A DNA stretch of 64,000 nt from Escherichia phage APCEc01. This document shows, piece by piece, positions 17,106-24,655 of the stretch. Position numbers and translations under genes: made by a program. Below the pieces are notes generated by a model. That model was not told the DNA's origin and searched no databases. It saw only the letters and a program-made list of their open reading frames with translations. The stretch is taken from sequence record NC_029091.1; one strand, given 5' to 3'. Numbering within the stretch: position 1 is the stretch's first letter; every line of letters begins with the position of its first letter.

Positions 17106-18053
17106 ATGTACAATATCAAATGCTTGTCCCAAGAAGAACAGTTAGAAGCTTACGGCCTGGTTGAATCAGGCAAATGGACTCGTAAAGAAATTGCCGATTA
17201 CTTCGACATTTCAACAGATACTCTTCGTAAGATTGTTAAGAATTTTAAAGCAGAAGGCGTTGCCCCTGAAGCAAACGATGCCTCTTATGTAATCGAAGAA
17301 GTTCCAGAAAATGATGAACCTATTATCGGCGGACATCGTCCTGAAATCGTATGGAACGCGTCATCTAAATTTATTTCAATTATTGAAGGACGCGTAGCAT
17401 ACAATGCGACTCCATCAAGTCATGCAAATTTTGAAGAAATTAAAGCTAATCTGGTCGCAGGAAACCTTAGTAAAGCTGTCGAACTTATTAACATCAAGAA
17501 AGCTATTACTAAGTTTGTTGATGGTAATGTTACTATTGAAGGTGGTAGTTTATTTTATCAAGGTATAGAGATTCGTTCAGGGCTGGTTAACCGTATTATT
17601 GATTCTATGGAAAAAGGTGAAGACTTTAAATTCTATCTGCCATTCCTTGAAAACCTGTTAGAAAACCCAAGCGAAAAAGCTGTACAACGTTTATTCGACT
17701 TCTTGGTTGCAAACGATATTGAAATCACTGAAGATGGTCATTTCTATGCGTGGAAAGTAGTTCGTAAGGACTATTTAGACTGCTATAGTGGTACATTTGA
17801 TAACTCCCCAGGTAAAGTTGTTTCAATGCCTCGTACTCGAGTTAACGACGATGATACTCAAACCTGTTCTCGCGGTCTCCATGTTTGTGCTAAATCTTAT
17901 ATTCGCCACTTTGGTTCAAGCTCAGATAAAGTTGTGAAAGTTAAAGTTCATCCACGTGATGTTGTATCCATCCCAGTTGACTATGGTGATGCTAAGATGC
18001 GTACTTGTCGTTACGAAGTAATTTCAGACGTTACTGAATTATTTGCAGAATAA
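17106..18053 (+). CDS. rIIB: rIIB protein
   Basis: 315 aa, directly after rIIA. Size matches T4 rIIB (312 aa). Confidence 0.88.
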   Translation: MYNIKCLSQEEQLEAYGLVESGKWTRKEIADYFDISTDTLRKIVKNFKAEGVAPEANDASYVIEEVPENDEPIIGGHRPEIVWNASSKFISIIEGRVAYNATPSSHANFEEIKANLVAGNLSKAVELINIKKAITKFVDGNVTIEGGSLFYQGIEIRSGLVNRIIDSMEKGEDFKFYLPFLENLLENPSEKAVQRLFDFLVANDIEITEDGHFYAWKVVRKDYLDCYSGTFDNSPGKVVSMPRTRVNDDDTQTCSRGLHVCAKSYIRHFGSSSDKVVKVKVHPRDVVSIPVDYGDAKMRTCRYEVISDVTELFAE

Positions 18054-18058
18054 TAATT

Positions 18059-18081
18059 GGGGACTTCGGTCCCCTTTTTTT
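18059..18081 (+). terminator. Intrinsic terminator after rIIB
   Basis: GGGGAC-TTCG-GTCCCC followed by T7. Confidence 0.85.
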
Positions 18082-18095
18082 CTTTAGGGGTAAAC

Positions 18096-18383
18096 ATGAT
18101 TCATCCATTTGACGTATCAGAATCCAAAATCGCTAATCTTCGTGGCCATCATAAATGTAAATCAGTGTATTGCGCTAAATTGGTAAAACACCCGGGCGAT
18201 GCACACTACGGCTGGTTAGAATGCGACGAAGTTGTTATTGAAATTCCGCCGGTAGATGCAGAATATCTTGAAGAAGGTGACCGCATTTATTTTGGCGAAC
18301 TACACATCAGAGGTATCTATGGTAAAGACGAACTTGGGACTGTTGAGGCTGAAGAGTCTTCCGACATTTATCCTGTCGAATGA
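18096..18383 (+). CDS. Hypothetical protein (95 aa)
   Basis: MIHPFDV... start after AGGGG. The track start at 18057 lies inside the terminator hairpin and is rejected. Confidence 0.6.
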   Translation: MIHPFDVSESKIANLRGHHKCKSVYCAKLVKHPGDAHYGWLECDEVVIEIPPVDAEYLEEGDRIYFGELHIRGIYGKDELGTVEAEESSDIYPVE

Positions 18384-18399
18384 GTTTTTGACTAGCGAA

Positions 18400-18876
18400 A
18401 TGAAAGTGAAGATTGCTGACACCGCTCGGTATTCCCTGAGCCAAAATCCAGACCAAAACAAAGAAGATGTAGTTCGACGTTGTAAGGTTGCAGTCTTTGC
18501 AGAGTATGTAGTAGCAAATTGGCTAGACGGATATGTTAATAAAGGTATTGAAGATGTAGAAGACCCGTACACGTATGCATGGGACGTGTTAGCCCATCCC
18601 AAATATTGTGGAATTCGTGTAGAAGTCAAGACACATCAGATGGATTCTAAATGGATTTCTGTTACCACAGGATACAGTGGTGATTATCCGGGTGGTAATG
18701 GAATCAATATAGGGCCCTTCTTGAATCATCGAGTCGCAGATTGTATTATTATATTAGATGTCAAAGAAACCTCACCTGACGTCTTCTCTTATTCTATAAA
18801 GTTCGTGGGAGACCATGAAGACCTAAAGAAAATCGTCCGCAAGAGCAACTACAACGGGTGGTATCTTCATCTTTAA
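18400..18876 (+). CDS. PD-(D/E)xK nuclease-like protein, denB position
   Basis: 158 aa from MKVKIADT. AWDVL...IRVEVKTH fits D...ExK. It lies between rIIB and ndd, where T4 carries denB. The start is uncertain (the frame is open from 18256). Confidence 0.5.
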   Translation: MKVKIADTARYSLSQNPDQNKEDVVRRCKVAVFAEYVVANWLDGYVNKGIEDVEDPYTYAWDVLAHPKYCGIRVEVKTHQMDSKWISVTTGYSGDYPGGNGINIGPFLNHRVADCIIILDVKETSPDVFSYSIKFVGDHEDLKKIVRKSNYNGWYLHL

Positions 18877-18888
18877 TTTCATAAAAGT

Positions 18889-18918
18889 GTTTACAACTAA
18901 GTAGGACTATGATATAGT
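18889..18918 (+). promoter_or_regulatory. T4-type early promoter within a stem-loop
   Basis: GTTTAC, 18-nt spacer, TGa + TATAGT. TAGGACTA/TAGTCCTA inverted repeat brackets the -10. Confidence 0.75.
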
Positions 18919-18944
18919 AGTCCTATCTAAAAGAGGATAACATC

Positions 18945-19208
18945 ATGAAATTTAAATTTTTCTACGCAAAACATAAAGTAACAGGCGAATTTGTTTCAAT
19001 GTACAACACTGCAGATGACGAAGGGATGATTTATACCCATTTGGGACTATCTCATTGGGACTCGGACATGCCTTATATGTCATCTGAAGCCGAAATAACT
19101 CGTTTAGTTAACGGACATATGAACGACCATTTTGGTGTTATTCTTTCTAAAGACCTTAAAGAGGTTATCAACAAAGGATATATGGAACTAGCGGAAGTTG
19201 AGATATGA
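18945..19208 (+). CDS. Hypothetical protein (87 aa)
   Basis: GAGGA SD; promoter-proximal. Confidence 0.65.
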   Translation: MKFKFFYAKHKVTGEFVSMYNTADDEGMIYTHLGLSHWDSDMPYMSSEAEITRLVNGHMNDHFGVILSKDLKEVINKGYMELAEVEI

Positions 19209-19291
19209 GCTCTAAAATGTGGATCGGAATATGGTTGCTTAGTATCCCAATGATTTGTATAATATTTTCAATTGTGTTGAGGTACTTATGA
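19205..19291 (+). CDS. Micro membrane peptide (28 aa), below the ORF-track cutoff
   Basis: ATGA coupling. MSSKMWIGIWLLSIPMICIIFSIVLRYL is a single TM helix. Confidence 0.45.
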   Translation: MSSKMWIGIWLLSIPMICIIFSIVLRYL

Positions 19292-19398
19292 AAATTGCAC
19301 TTCTTATTGTACTAAGAACAATTTGTGATACGGGTTTTTACATTGCATGTTCGTTCACTGGAACATGGTTGGCTTTAACATATTTTAATGTAATTTAA
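19288..19398 (+). CDS. Micro membrane peptide (36 aa), below the ORF-track cutoff
   Basis: ATGA coupling. MKIALLIVLRTICDTGFYIACSFTGTWLALTYFNVI. Confidence 0.45.
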   Translation: MKIALLIVLRTICDTGFYIACSFTGTWLALTYFNVI

Positions 19399-19400
19399 TT

Positions 19401-19430
19401 GTTTACAACAAGGTAGGATTATGGTATAGT
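19401..19430 (+). promoter_or_regulatory. T4-type early promoter within a stem-loop
   Basis: GTTTAC, 18-nt spacer, TGg + TATAGT. GTAGGATTA/TAGTCCTAC imperfect inverted repeat. Confidence 0.75.
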
Positions 19431-19458
19431 AGTCCTACTGAAACATGAGGAACACAAA

Positions 19459-19659
19459 ATGGCTAAGCTTTTTAAAGATGTTGAAATTGATGAAAAATTT
19501 GTTCTGAATAATGGTCAGCAGCTTATTCGTGTAGCTTCTATCGCCGGACAAACTCATAACTGTATCGCCCCAACGTGTTGGACTCGATTCTTTATTGAAG
19601 ATGACACTGAATGTTTAACTGTTGAAGAGCTTTTTGAACGTTCTGATATGGCCGAATAA
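19459..19659 (+). CDS. Hypothetical protein (66 aa)
   Basis: GAGGAA SD; promoter-proximal. Confidence 0.65.
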   Translation: MAKLFKDVEIDEKFVLNNGQQLIRVASIAGQTHNCIAPTCWTRFFIEDDTECLTVEELFERSDMAE

Positions 19660-19661
19660 AA

Positions 19662-19691
19662 TTGTACAAACTCTTGAGAGCAGAGTATAAT
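19662..19691 (+). promoter_or_regulatory. T4-type early promoter within a stem-loop
   Basis: TTGTAC, 18-nt spacer, TATAAT. TGAGAGCA/TGCTCTCA perfect 8-bp inverted repeat. Near-copy of the cassette at 47823. Confidence 0.75.
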
Positions 19692-19735
19692 GCTCTCATG
19701 GATTACAAAAACATTAATCAATTGAGGAAATTAGC

Positions 19736-20182
19736 ATGTCCAAATATTTAACTCGTAAAGACCTTCTGGCAGTTGGCGGTGAAGTTGTTGCAGTAGTTCG
19801 TAATGGCGAATACGGTTCCGAAGTTTCTAAAGAGTTTCGTTCTCGTGAAGGTTTTTACTTCTTTGTTAAAGGTTCATCTGATTGGCGACAAGTAGCAGCA
19901 CGATTCTTTGTAGGACGTCAACGTTCTAAACAAGGGTTGGATGCAATTCTTTCTCACATTCGTCAAGGCCGTTCGCAACTAGCCCGTACCATGGGCACTA
20001 ACAATATTGAATATGATGTAATCTTTGTTGCAGCTAAGAACATGAAACCACTGACCACTGGTTATGGTAAAGGTCAATTGGCTCTGGCATTCACTCGCAA
20101 CCATACATCAGAATATCAAACACTCACTGAAATGAACCGTCTTCTGGCTGATAATTTCAAATTCATTCTGCAGAGTTACTAA
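19736..20182 (+). CDS. ndd: Nucleoid disruption protein Ndd
   Basis: 148 aa. ...[12 protein letters not shown]...[40 protein letters not shown] matches remembered T4 Ndd. Confidence 0.9.
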   Translation: MSKYLTRKDLLAVGGEVVAVVRNGEYGSEVSKEFRSREGFYFFVKGSSDWRQVAARFFVGRQRSKQGLDAILSHIRQGRSQLARTMGTNNIEYDVIFVAAKNMKPLTTGYGKGQLALAFTRNHTSEYQTLTEMNRLLADNFKFILQSY

Positions 20183-20189
20183 TTTATAC

Positions 20190-20222
20190 AGGCCTATTAA
20201 GTTAGGCCTTTAATTTATTTTT
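20190..20222 (+). terminator. Terminator-like hairpin after ndd
   Basis: AGGCCT...AGGCCT palindromic 6-bp stem followed by a T-rich tract. Confidence 0.55.
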
Positions 20223-20234
20223 GAGGTAATTAAA

Positions 20235-20381
20235 ATGGTAGCATGGATTATTGCATTGCTGTGTTGGTCGTTTTTATTCGTTAACACTTTAGTTACAGGC
20301 GAAACAACAGTATTTCAACAGGCCGTATCACAAGGTACCTTAGCGGTCTTAGCTCTTCTTAACGTGTTAAAAGGCGAGTAA
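20235..20381 (+). CDS. Small membrane protein (48 aa), below the ORF-track cutoff
   Basis: GAGGT SD. MVAWIIALLCWSFLFVNTLV... is hydrophobic. This is the region where T4 has ac/stp. Confidence 0.5.
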   Translation: MVAWIIALLCWSFLFVNTLVTGETTVFQQAVSQGTLAVLALLNVLKGE

Positions 20382-20521
20382 TGATTAAGAAAATCTTAGC
20401 AGGAGCCTTCGGGCTCTTGTTGTTGCTTACGGTTCTGTACTACGGTGTGATGTTTGGACTAATCCAAGTAGTGCTTTTCATTTCAGATGTTATAATGGTT
20501 ATTCGTTCATTAATATGGTGA
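20381..20521 (+). CDS. Small membrane protein (46 aa), ac position
   Basis: TAATG coupling. MIKKILAGAFGLLLLLTVLYYGVMFGLIQVVLFISDVIMV... Lies immediately upstream of gene 52. Confidence 0.5.
   Translation: MIKKILAGAFGLLLLLTVLYYGVMFGLIQVVLFISDVIMVIRSLIW
20470..20496 (+). promoter_or_regulatory. Possible MotA-type middle promoter for gene 52
   Basis: Imperfect MotA box AGTGCTTTT, then a 12-nt spacer, then TATAAT. Two mismatches to the box consensus. Confidence 0.35.
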
Positions 20522-20525
20522 AAAT

Positions 20526-21851
20526 ATGCAATTGAATTCTCGTAATCTAAAAAGTATTATTGATAACGAAGCCTTAGCATATGCGATGTACACCGTTGAA
20601 AACCGTGCAATCCCAAACATGATTGATGGATTTAAGCCGGTTCAACGTTTTGTGGTTCATCGTGCGTTAGATTTGGCTCGTGGTAATAAAGAAAAATTTC
20701 ATAAACTTGCGTCAATTGCAGGCGGTGTTGCAGATTTAGGTTATCACCATGGTGAATCTTCTGCACAAGATGCAGGTGCATTAATGGCTAACACATGGAA
20801 CAACAACTATCCACTGTTAGATGGCCAAGGCAACTTTGGTTCTAGAACAGTCCAAAAAGCTGCAGCATCTCGTTATATTTTTGCTCGTGTAAGTAAAAAT
20901 TTCTATAACGTATATAAAGATACTGAATATGCTCCAGCTCATGAAGATAAAGAACACATTCCACCAAAATTTTATCTTCCTATTATTCCGACAGTTCTTT
21001 TAAATGGCGTCTCTGGTATTGCAACCGGTTACGCAACAAATATTCTGCCTCATAGTTTTAAATCAGTCAAAAAGGCTGTATTACAAGCTCTTCAAGGTAA
21101 AAATGTCACTAAGCCAAAAGTTGAATTCCCGGAATTCCGTGGTGAAGTACATGAAGTTGATGGGCGTTATGAGATTCACGGAACATATAAGTTCACATCT
21201 CGCACTCAAATGCAGATAACTGAAATCCCATATAAATTCGACCGTGAAACGTATGTGAGTAAGGTTCTTGACCCGTTGGAAGACAAAGGTCTAATCTCAT
21301 GGGAAGATGATTGTGGTGAACACGGCTTTGGGTTTAAGGTGAAGTTCCGTAAAGAGTACTCGCTTCCTGATGATGAAGAGCTACGTCATGAAAAAATCAT
21401 GAAAGATTTTAGTCTCATCGAACGTCGTTCACAAAACATCACAGTGATTAATGAAAAGGGTAAATTAGCGGTCTACGATAACGTAGTGGACTTAATCAAA
21501 GATTTTGTTGAAGTCCGTAAGACTTACGTTCAGAAACGTATTGACAACAAAATCCTTGAATCTGAAAAAGCATTTAAACTTGCTTTTGCTAAGGCACACT
21601 TCATCAAAAAAGTTATCAACGGTGAAATTGTGATTCAGGGCAAGACTCGTAAAGCTTTGTCTGAAGAGCTAGCACAAATCGAAATGTATAAAGAACATGT
21701 CGATAAACTGGTAGGTCTTAACATCTTCCATATCACTTCCGACGAAGCACGTAAACTAGCAGAAGAAGCTAAAGCTAAGAAAGAAGAAAATGAGTATTGG
21801 AAGTCTACTGATGTTGTGACAGAGTACACTAAAGACTTGGAGGCACTTTGA
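20526..21851 (+). CDS. 52: DNA topoisomerase II medium subunit gp52
   Basis: 441 aa. PNMIDGFKPVQRF and AASRYIFAR (active-site Tyr region). Size as T4 gp52. Confidence 0.94.
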   Translation: MQLNSRNLKSIIDNEALAYAMYTVENRAIPNMIDGFKPVQRFVVHRALDLARGNKEKFHKLASIAGGVADLGYHHGESSAQDAGALMANTWNNNYPLLDGQGNFGSRTVQKAAASRYIFARVSKNFYNVYKDTEYAPAHEDKEHIPPKFYLPIIPTVLLNGVSGIATGYATNILPHSFKSVKKAVLQALQGKNVTKPKVEFPEFRGEVHEVDGRYEIHGTYKFTSRTQMQITEIPYKFDRETYVSKVLDPLEDKGLISWEDDCGEHGFGFKVKFRKEYSLPDDEELRHEKIMKDFSLIERRSQNITVINEKGKLAVYDNVVDLIKDFVEVRKTYVQKRIDNKILESEKAFKLAFAKAHFIKKVINGEIVIQGKTRKALSEELAQIEMYKEHVDKLVGLNIFHITSDEARKLAEEAKAKKEENEYWKSTDVVTEYTKDLEAL

Positions 21852-21928
21852 GTGCCCTAGCCTTAGGATTTCTCGGTGCAATAGCTGCACTAGTGATTTG
21901 GCTGTATTGGTTGGACAAACATGATTAG
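21848..21928 (+). CDS. Possible micro membrane peptide (26 aa, TTG start)
   Basis: GGAGG 4 nt upstream of a TTG. (L/M)SALALGFLGAIAALVIWLYWLDKHD. Overlaps the gene 52 stop. Confidence 0.35.
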   Translation: MSALALGFLGAIAALVIWLYWLDKHD

Positions 21929-21947
21929 GGAGCTTCGGCTCCCTTTT
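21928..21947 (+). terminator. Intrinsic terminator after gene 52
   Basis: GGGAGC-TTCG-GCTCCC followed by TTTT. Confidence 0.8.
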
Positions 21948-21971
21948 GTGCATTTTTTTTCTCACAAAACA

Positions 21972-22000
21972 GTTTACTTTTGCTTCAAACATGATAGTAT
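21972..22000 (+). promoter_or_regulatory. T4-type early promoter (duplicated cassette, copy 1)
   Basis: GTTTAC, 17-nt spacer, TGa + TAGTAT. Contains the MotA-box-like TTTGCTTCA. Confidence 0.7.
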
Positions 22001-22039
22001 AAACCTATCAAAACAAAACAACCAAATTGGAGAAATAAA

Positions 22040-22255
22040 ATGTCTAAAATGAAATTAACTCAAAACACAACTACTCGTTTCGGTAAAGTTAAACCTGGTA
22101 TGAATGCTCCCCGTAAAGCACTTGTTGAAGAATTAAATTTCTTAGAAGTTGAAATCAATTCTTTAGTGGTTCGCGGTTCAAATGGACATCATTTAGAAAA
22201 GCTTCGTTCTAAAAAGGCAAAACTTATTGGCCTTATTAAAGAAATGAGTTTGTAA
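22040..22255 (+). CDS. Hypothetical basic protein (71 aa), motA.1 position
   Basis: GGAG SD. Lies between 52 and motA, as T4 motA.1 does. Confidence 0.65.
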   Translation: MSKMKLTQNTTTRFGKVKPGMNAPRKALVEELNFLEVEINSLVVRGSNGHHLEKLRSKKAKLIGLIKEMSL

Positions 22256-22292
22256 ATTTTACCAGGGCTTTTGAAAAAGAGCCCAAAATAAA

Positions 22293-22321
22293 GTTTACTT
22301 TTGCTTCAAACATGTTATTAT
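22293..22321 (+). promoter_or_regulatory. T4-type early promoter (duplicated cassette, copy 2)
   Basis: GTTTAC, 17-nt spacer, TGt + TATTAT. About 80 bp is near-identical to the region at 21971. Confidence 0.7.
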
Positions 22322-22358
22322 AGACCTATCAAAACAAATACTAATTTGGAGAAATAAA

Positions 22359-22991
22359 ATGTCTAAAGTTACTTACATCATCAAAGCTTCTGAAAACGCT
22401 CTGAATGAAAAAACTGCTGCAATAATGGTTTATATCATTAAGAACAACTTCACCACTGCTGCCAATGTCCGTGAAGCTCTGGAAGCAGAATACAATGCAT
22501 CGGTTGTTAACTCTAACATTGGCGTATTGATTAAGAAAGGTTTAGTCGAAAAATCTGGTGATGGACTTATAGCAACAGGCGAAGCAATGGATATTATCCA
22601 AAAAGCTGCAGACCTCTTTGCCCAAGAAAATGCTCCAGAACTTCTTCAGAAACGTAACACTAGAAAAGCACGTGGAGTTACTCCTGAAATGCATGAATTA
22701 GCAAACTTTGTTTTTGAAAATATTAAAGATAAAGTTGAAGTTAAAGAAATTGGCGAAAACCGTAGTAACTTGGAAGTTCGATTTGCAAAACGAGTTCTAG
22801 GTATTCGTCAGATCGAAATTCGTCGAAATGGTTCTCTTAGAATCTTTGCATACAACATGTCAGAAACTGAATCAAAGCTGTTTACTTCTCTTGAAAATGA
22901 TGTTAAGATTAAGATCGGTGGTAAATATACTTACATTGACTTCCCTAATGTGTCCAAAGAAATCATTACCCTTGTAACTAACGTACTGTGA
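22359..22991 (+). CDS. motA: Middle-transcription activator MotA
   Basis: 210 aa. MSKVTYIIKAS...NSNIGVLIKKGLVEKSGDGLI...QENAPELL matches remembered T4 MotA. Confidence 0.93.
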   Translation: MSKVTYIIKASENALNEKTAAIMVYIIKNNFTTAANVREALEAEYNASVVNSNIGVLIKKGLVEKSGDGLIATGEAMDIIQKAADLFAQENAPELLQKRNTRKARGVTPEMHELANFVFENIKDKVEVKEIGENRSNLEVRFAKRVLGIRQIEIRRNGSLRIFAYNMSETESKLFTSLENDVKIKIGGKYTYIDFPNVSKEIITLVTNVL

Positions 22992-23001
22992 GGAATACAT
23001 A

Positions 23002-23331
23002 ATGAATAAGCTGAATATTATTAACGAACTTCGTAAATGTGCAGAACCTACTCAGGAAGGATGGGATATTTGGTACCACGGGGCTTATTTAGGGACAATT
23101 GTAAAGATTAAAGCAGGCCAATATACGGTTATTCGTGAAAATAATGACGCGCCATTTGGCCTTCGTAAAAACTACATGGCAGCGATCAGTTCATTTGTTG
23201 ATGCAGCTTACGAAATCTATAAAGAAGATTATAAAGAATACCAGCAGTCACAACCGGTTATTCGTTCGATTGGTGTAAATAAACAAGCACAAAAATCTAT
23301 TTGGCAACGTATTAAAGGATGGTTTAAATGA
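23002..23331 (+). CDS. Hypothetical protein (109 aa), arn-cluster region
   Basis: GAGGAA SD. Confidence 0.65.
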   Translation: MNKLNIINELRKCAEPTQEGWDIWYHGAYLGTIVKIKAGQYTVIRENNDAPFGLRKNYMAAISSFVDAAYEIYKEDYKEYQQSQPVIRSIGVNKQAQKSIWQRIKGWFK

Positions 23332-23789
23332 AAACTTTTAAAGAACGTTTAGCTCTGTTAGATAAAGCTTTGTCGCGTGAGACTCCGGAAAGTCTGGCTG
23401 CTAAATTAGCTTCTTACGGCGGTGAATATACAGAACAAAATGTTTTAGATGAAGTTCCTGAAATCTGTTGGCAGACTGTGTATTGGGATGAAAACCAAAA
23501 GTATCAACGACGAATTGTCTGTGCAGCCAACCGTTTTAAATTAAAAGATGGACGAACTCTTATTATTCCAGGTGCTCGTCATTATTCTAAAGATATGGCA
23601 GAAGTTTTAGATGTAGTTAAACCTCAATTAGTTACTCAACAAGTTTGTGATGATGACCAAGGGTTTATTGACCAATATAGTAATTATTGGACACGTGAAG
23701 AAGCAATGATTATTGCAACTTACGCTGGACAAGTACGTATTGAACGTGGTGGTAATGAAAAAGAACTTTATTCTGAGGACCTTTACTAA
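23328..23789 (+). CDS. Hypothetical protein (153 aa), arn-cluster region
   Basis: ATGA coupling. IVCAANRF...[12 protein letters not shown]...[21 protein letters not shown] motif block of unknown function. Confidence 0.65.
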   Translation: MKTFKERLALLDKALSRETPESLAAKLASYGGEYTEQNVLDEVPEICWQTVYWDENQKYQRRIVCAANRFKLKDGRTLIIPGARHYSKDMAEVLDVVKPQLVTQQVCDDDQGFIDQYSNYWTREEAMIIATYAGQVRIERGGNEKELYSEDLY

Positions 23790-24070
23790 TGAATCTTAAA
23801 CAACTCCAGATTGATGCTATTGAAGCCCACATTAATCATATCAAACGCCTGAATGCTATGATGGAAGAAAATTATGGTATGTATGCTAATCAGCCTGGTT
23901 GGGATGCTTTAGACCATCCTTATTTGGTTAATTTATGTAAAGGTGATACGTTAGCAATTATTCGTGATGGGTTAAAACCTTTCTTGCGCGACATGTATAT
24001 TAAAATGAACGAAGAAATTATTAGCTCGTTTCAATATCAATTAAGGAAATTAGACGATGAGAATAATTGA
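23789..24070 (+). CDS. Hypothetical protein (93 aa); size and position are compatible with Arn but the sequence is not recognised
   Basis: TAATG coupling. T4 Arn is about 92 aa and lies between motA and asiA. Confidence 0.6.
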   Translation: MNLKQLQIDAIEAHINHIKRLNAMMEENYGMYANQPGWDALDHPYLVNLCKGDTLAIIRDGLKPFLRDMYIKMNEEIISSFQYQLRKLDDENN

Positions 24071-24272
24071 TTCTAAAGCAGATTATTTTAATTCTGTTAA
24101 TGATAAGAATAAAGCTTTAATTCGTCACTTTATTACTGAGATGGGATATACTGACTCTAAAGATTTGAAAGAGCACATTATCGAATGTTCTGTGGCTAAA
24201 AAGTTTTCTTTCACAGACAAATGTTTAAATGAGGTTATAAATCATTATGAACAATCTTGTAGCAAAACATGA
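24057..24272 (+). CDS. Hypothetical protein (71 aa)
   Basis: AAGGAA SD inside the end of the upstream ORF. Confidence 0.55.
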   Translation: MRIIDSKADYFNSVNDKNKALIRHFITEMGYTDSKDLKEHIIECSVAKKFSFTDKCLNEVINHYEQSCSKT

Positions 24273-24355
24273 TTTCAATAAGGCTTCCGTCCATAAGGAC
24301 AAGAAGAAATCAGAACTTCAATCTAAACGTAAACAAAAACATAAGGGTAAAGACT

Positions 24356-24655
24356 ATGCTTACTAAAATCAAAGAAAATCCTGCCACTGAACTTGTTATT
24401 CGATGCGAAGAACTTGCAGAGCTTTATCAGGTTAACAGAGAAGTGTGTCGTAGTGTTATCGTAGATATGGAAGACGAAGTATGTTCTCGTATTCCTTTTA
24501 GTGTTGATTTCAATCACATGAAGCCTGGTGAAATCACTATCGTCTTTGGTTCTGACTATACTGAAGAACGGGCTCTTAATGCCCTAGAATATGAAATGTC
24601 ATTCTTTGACATACAGGACTACATTGATAGTTATAAGGAACAATATGAGTCATAA
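24356..24655 (+). CDS. Hypothetical acidic protein (99 aa)
   Basis: ATG after AAGGG. An alternative ATGA-coupled start at 24269 would add a basic segment rich in rare AGG/ATA codons. Confidence 0.55.
   Translation: MLTKIKENPATELVIRCEELAELYQVNREVCRSVIVDMEDEVCSRIPFSVDFNHMKPGEITIVFGSDYTEERALNALEYEMSFFDIQDYIDSYKEQYES

Noticed and set aside
18256-18399. Upstream extension of the nuclease-like ORF (start at 18256)
   Set aside because: It overlaps ORF 18096..18383 by 128 nt in another frame and has a poor SD. I kept it as an open question in the findings rather than as the called start.
21979-21987. MotA box TTTGCTTCA inside the motA.1 and motA early promoters read as bona fide middle promoters
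   Set aside because: The distance to the nearest -10-like hexamers is 7 to 10 nt, shorter than the usual 11 to 13 nt. I kept it only as a hypothesis within the duplicated-cassette finding.
24269-24355. ATGA-coupled upstream start giving a 128-aa protein
   Set aside because: The extra 29 codons are rich in AGG/ATA/AGA and encode a low-complexity basic peptide. An internal ATG with an AAGGG SD gives a compact acidic protein. I was not fully certain, so it is noted in the feature evidence.
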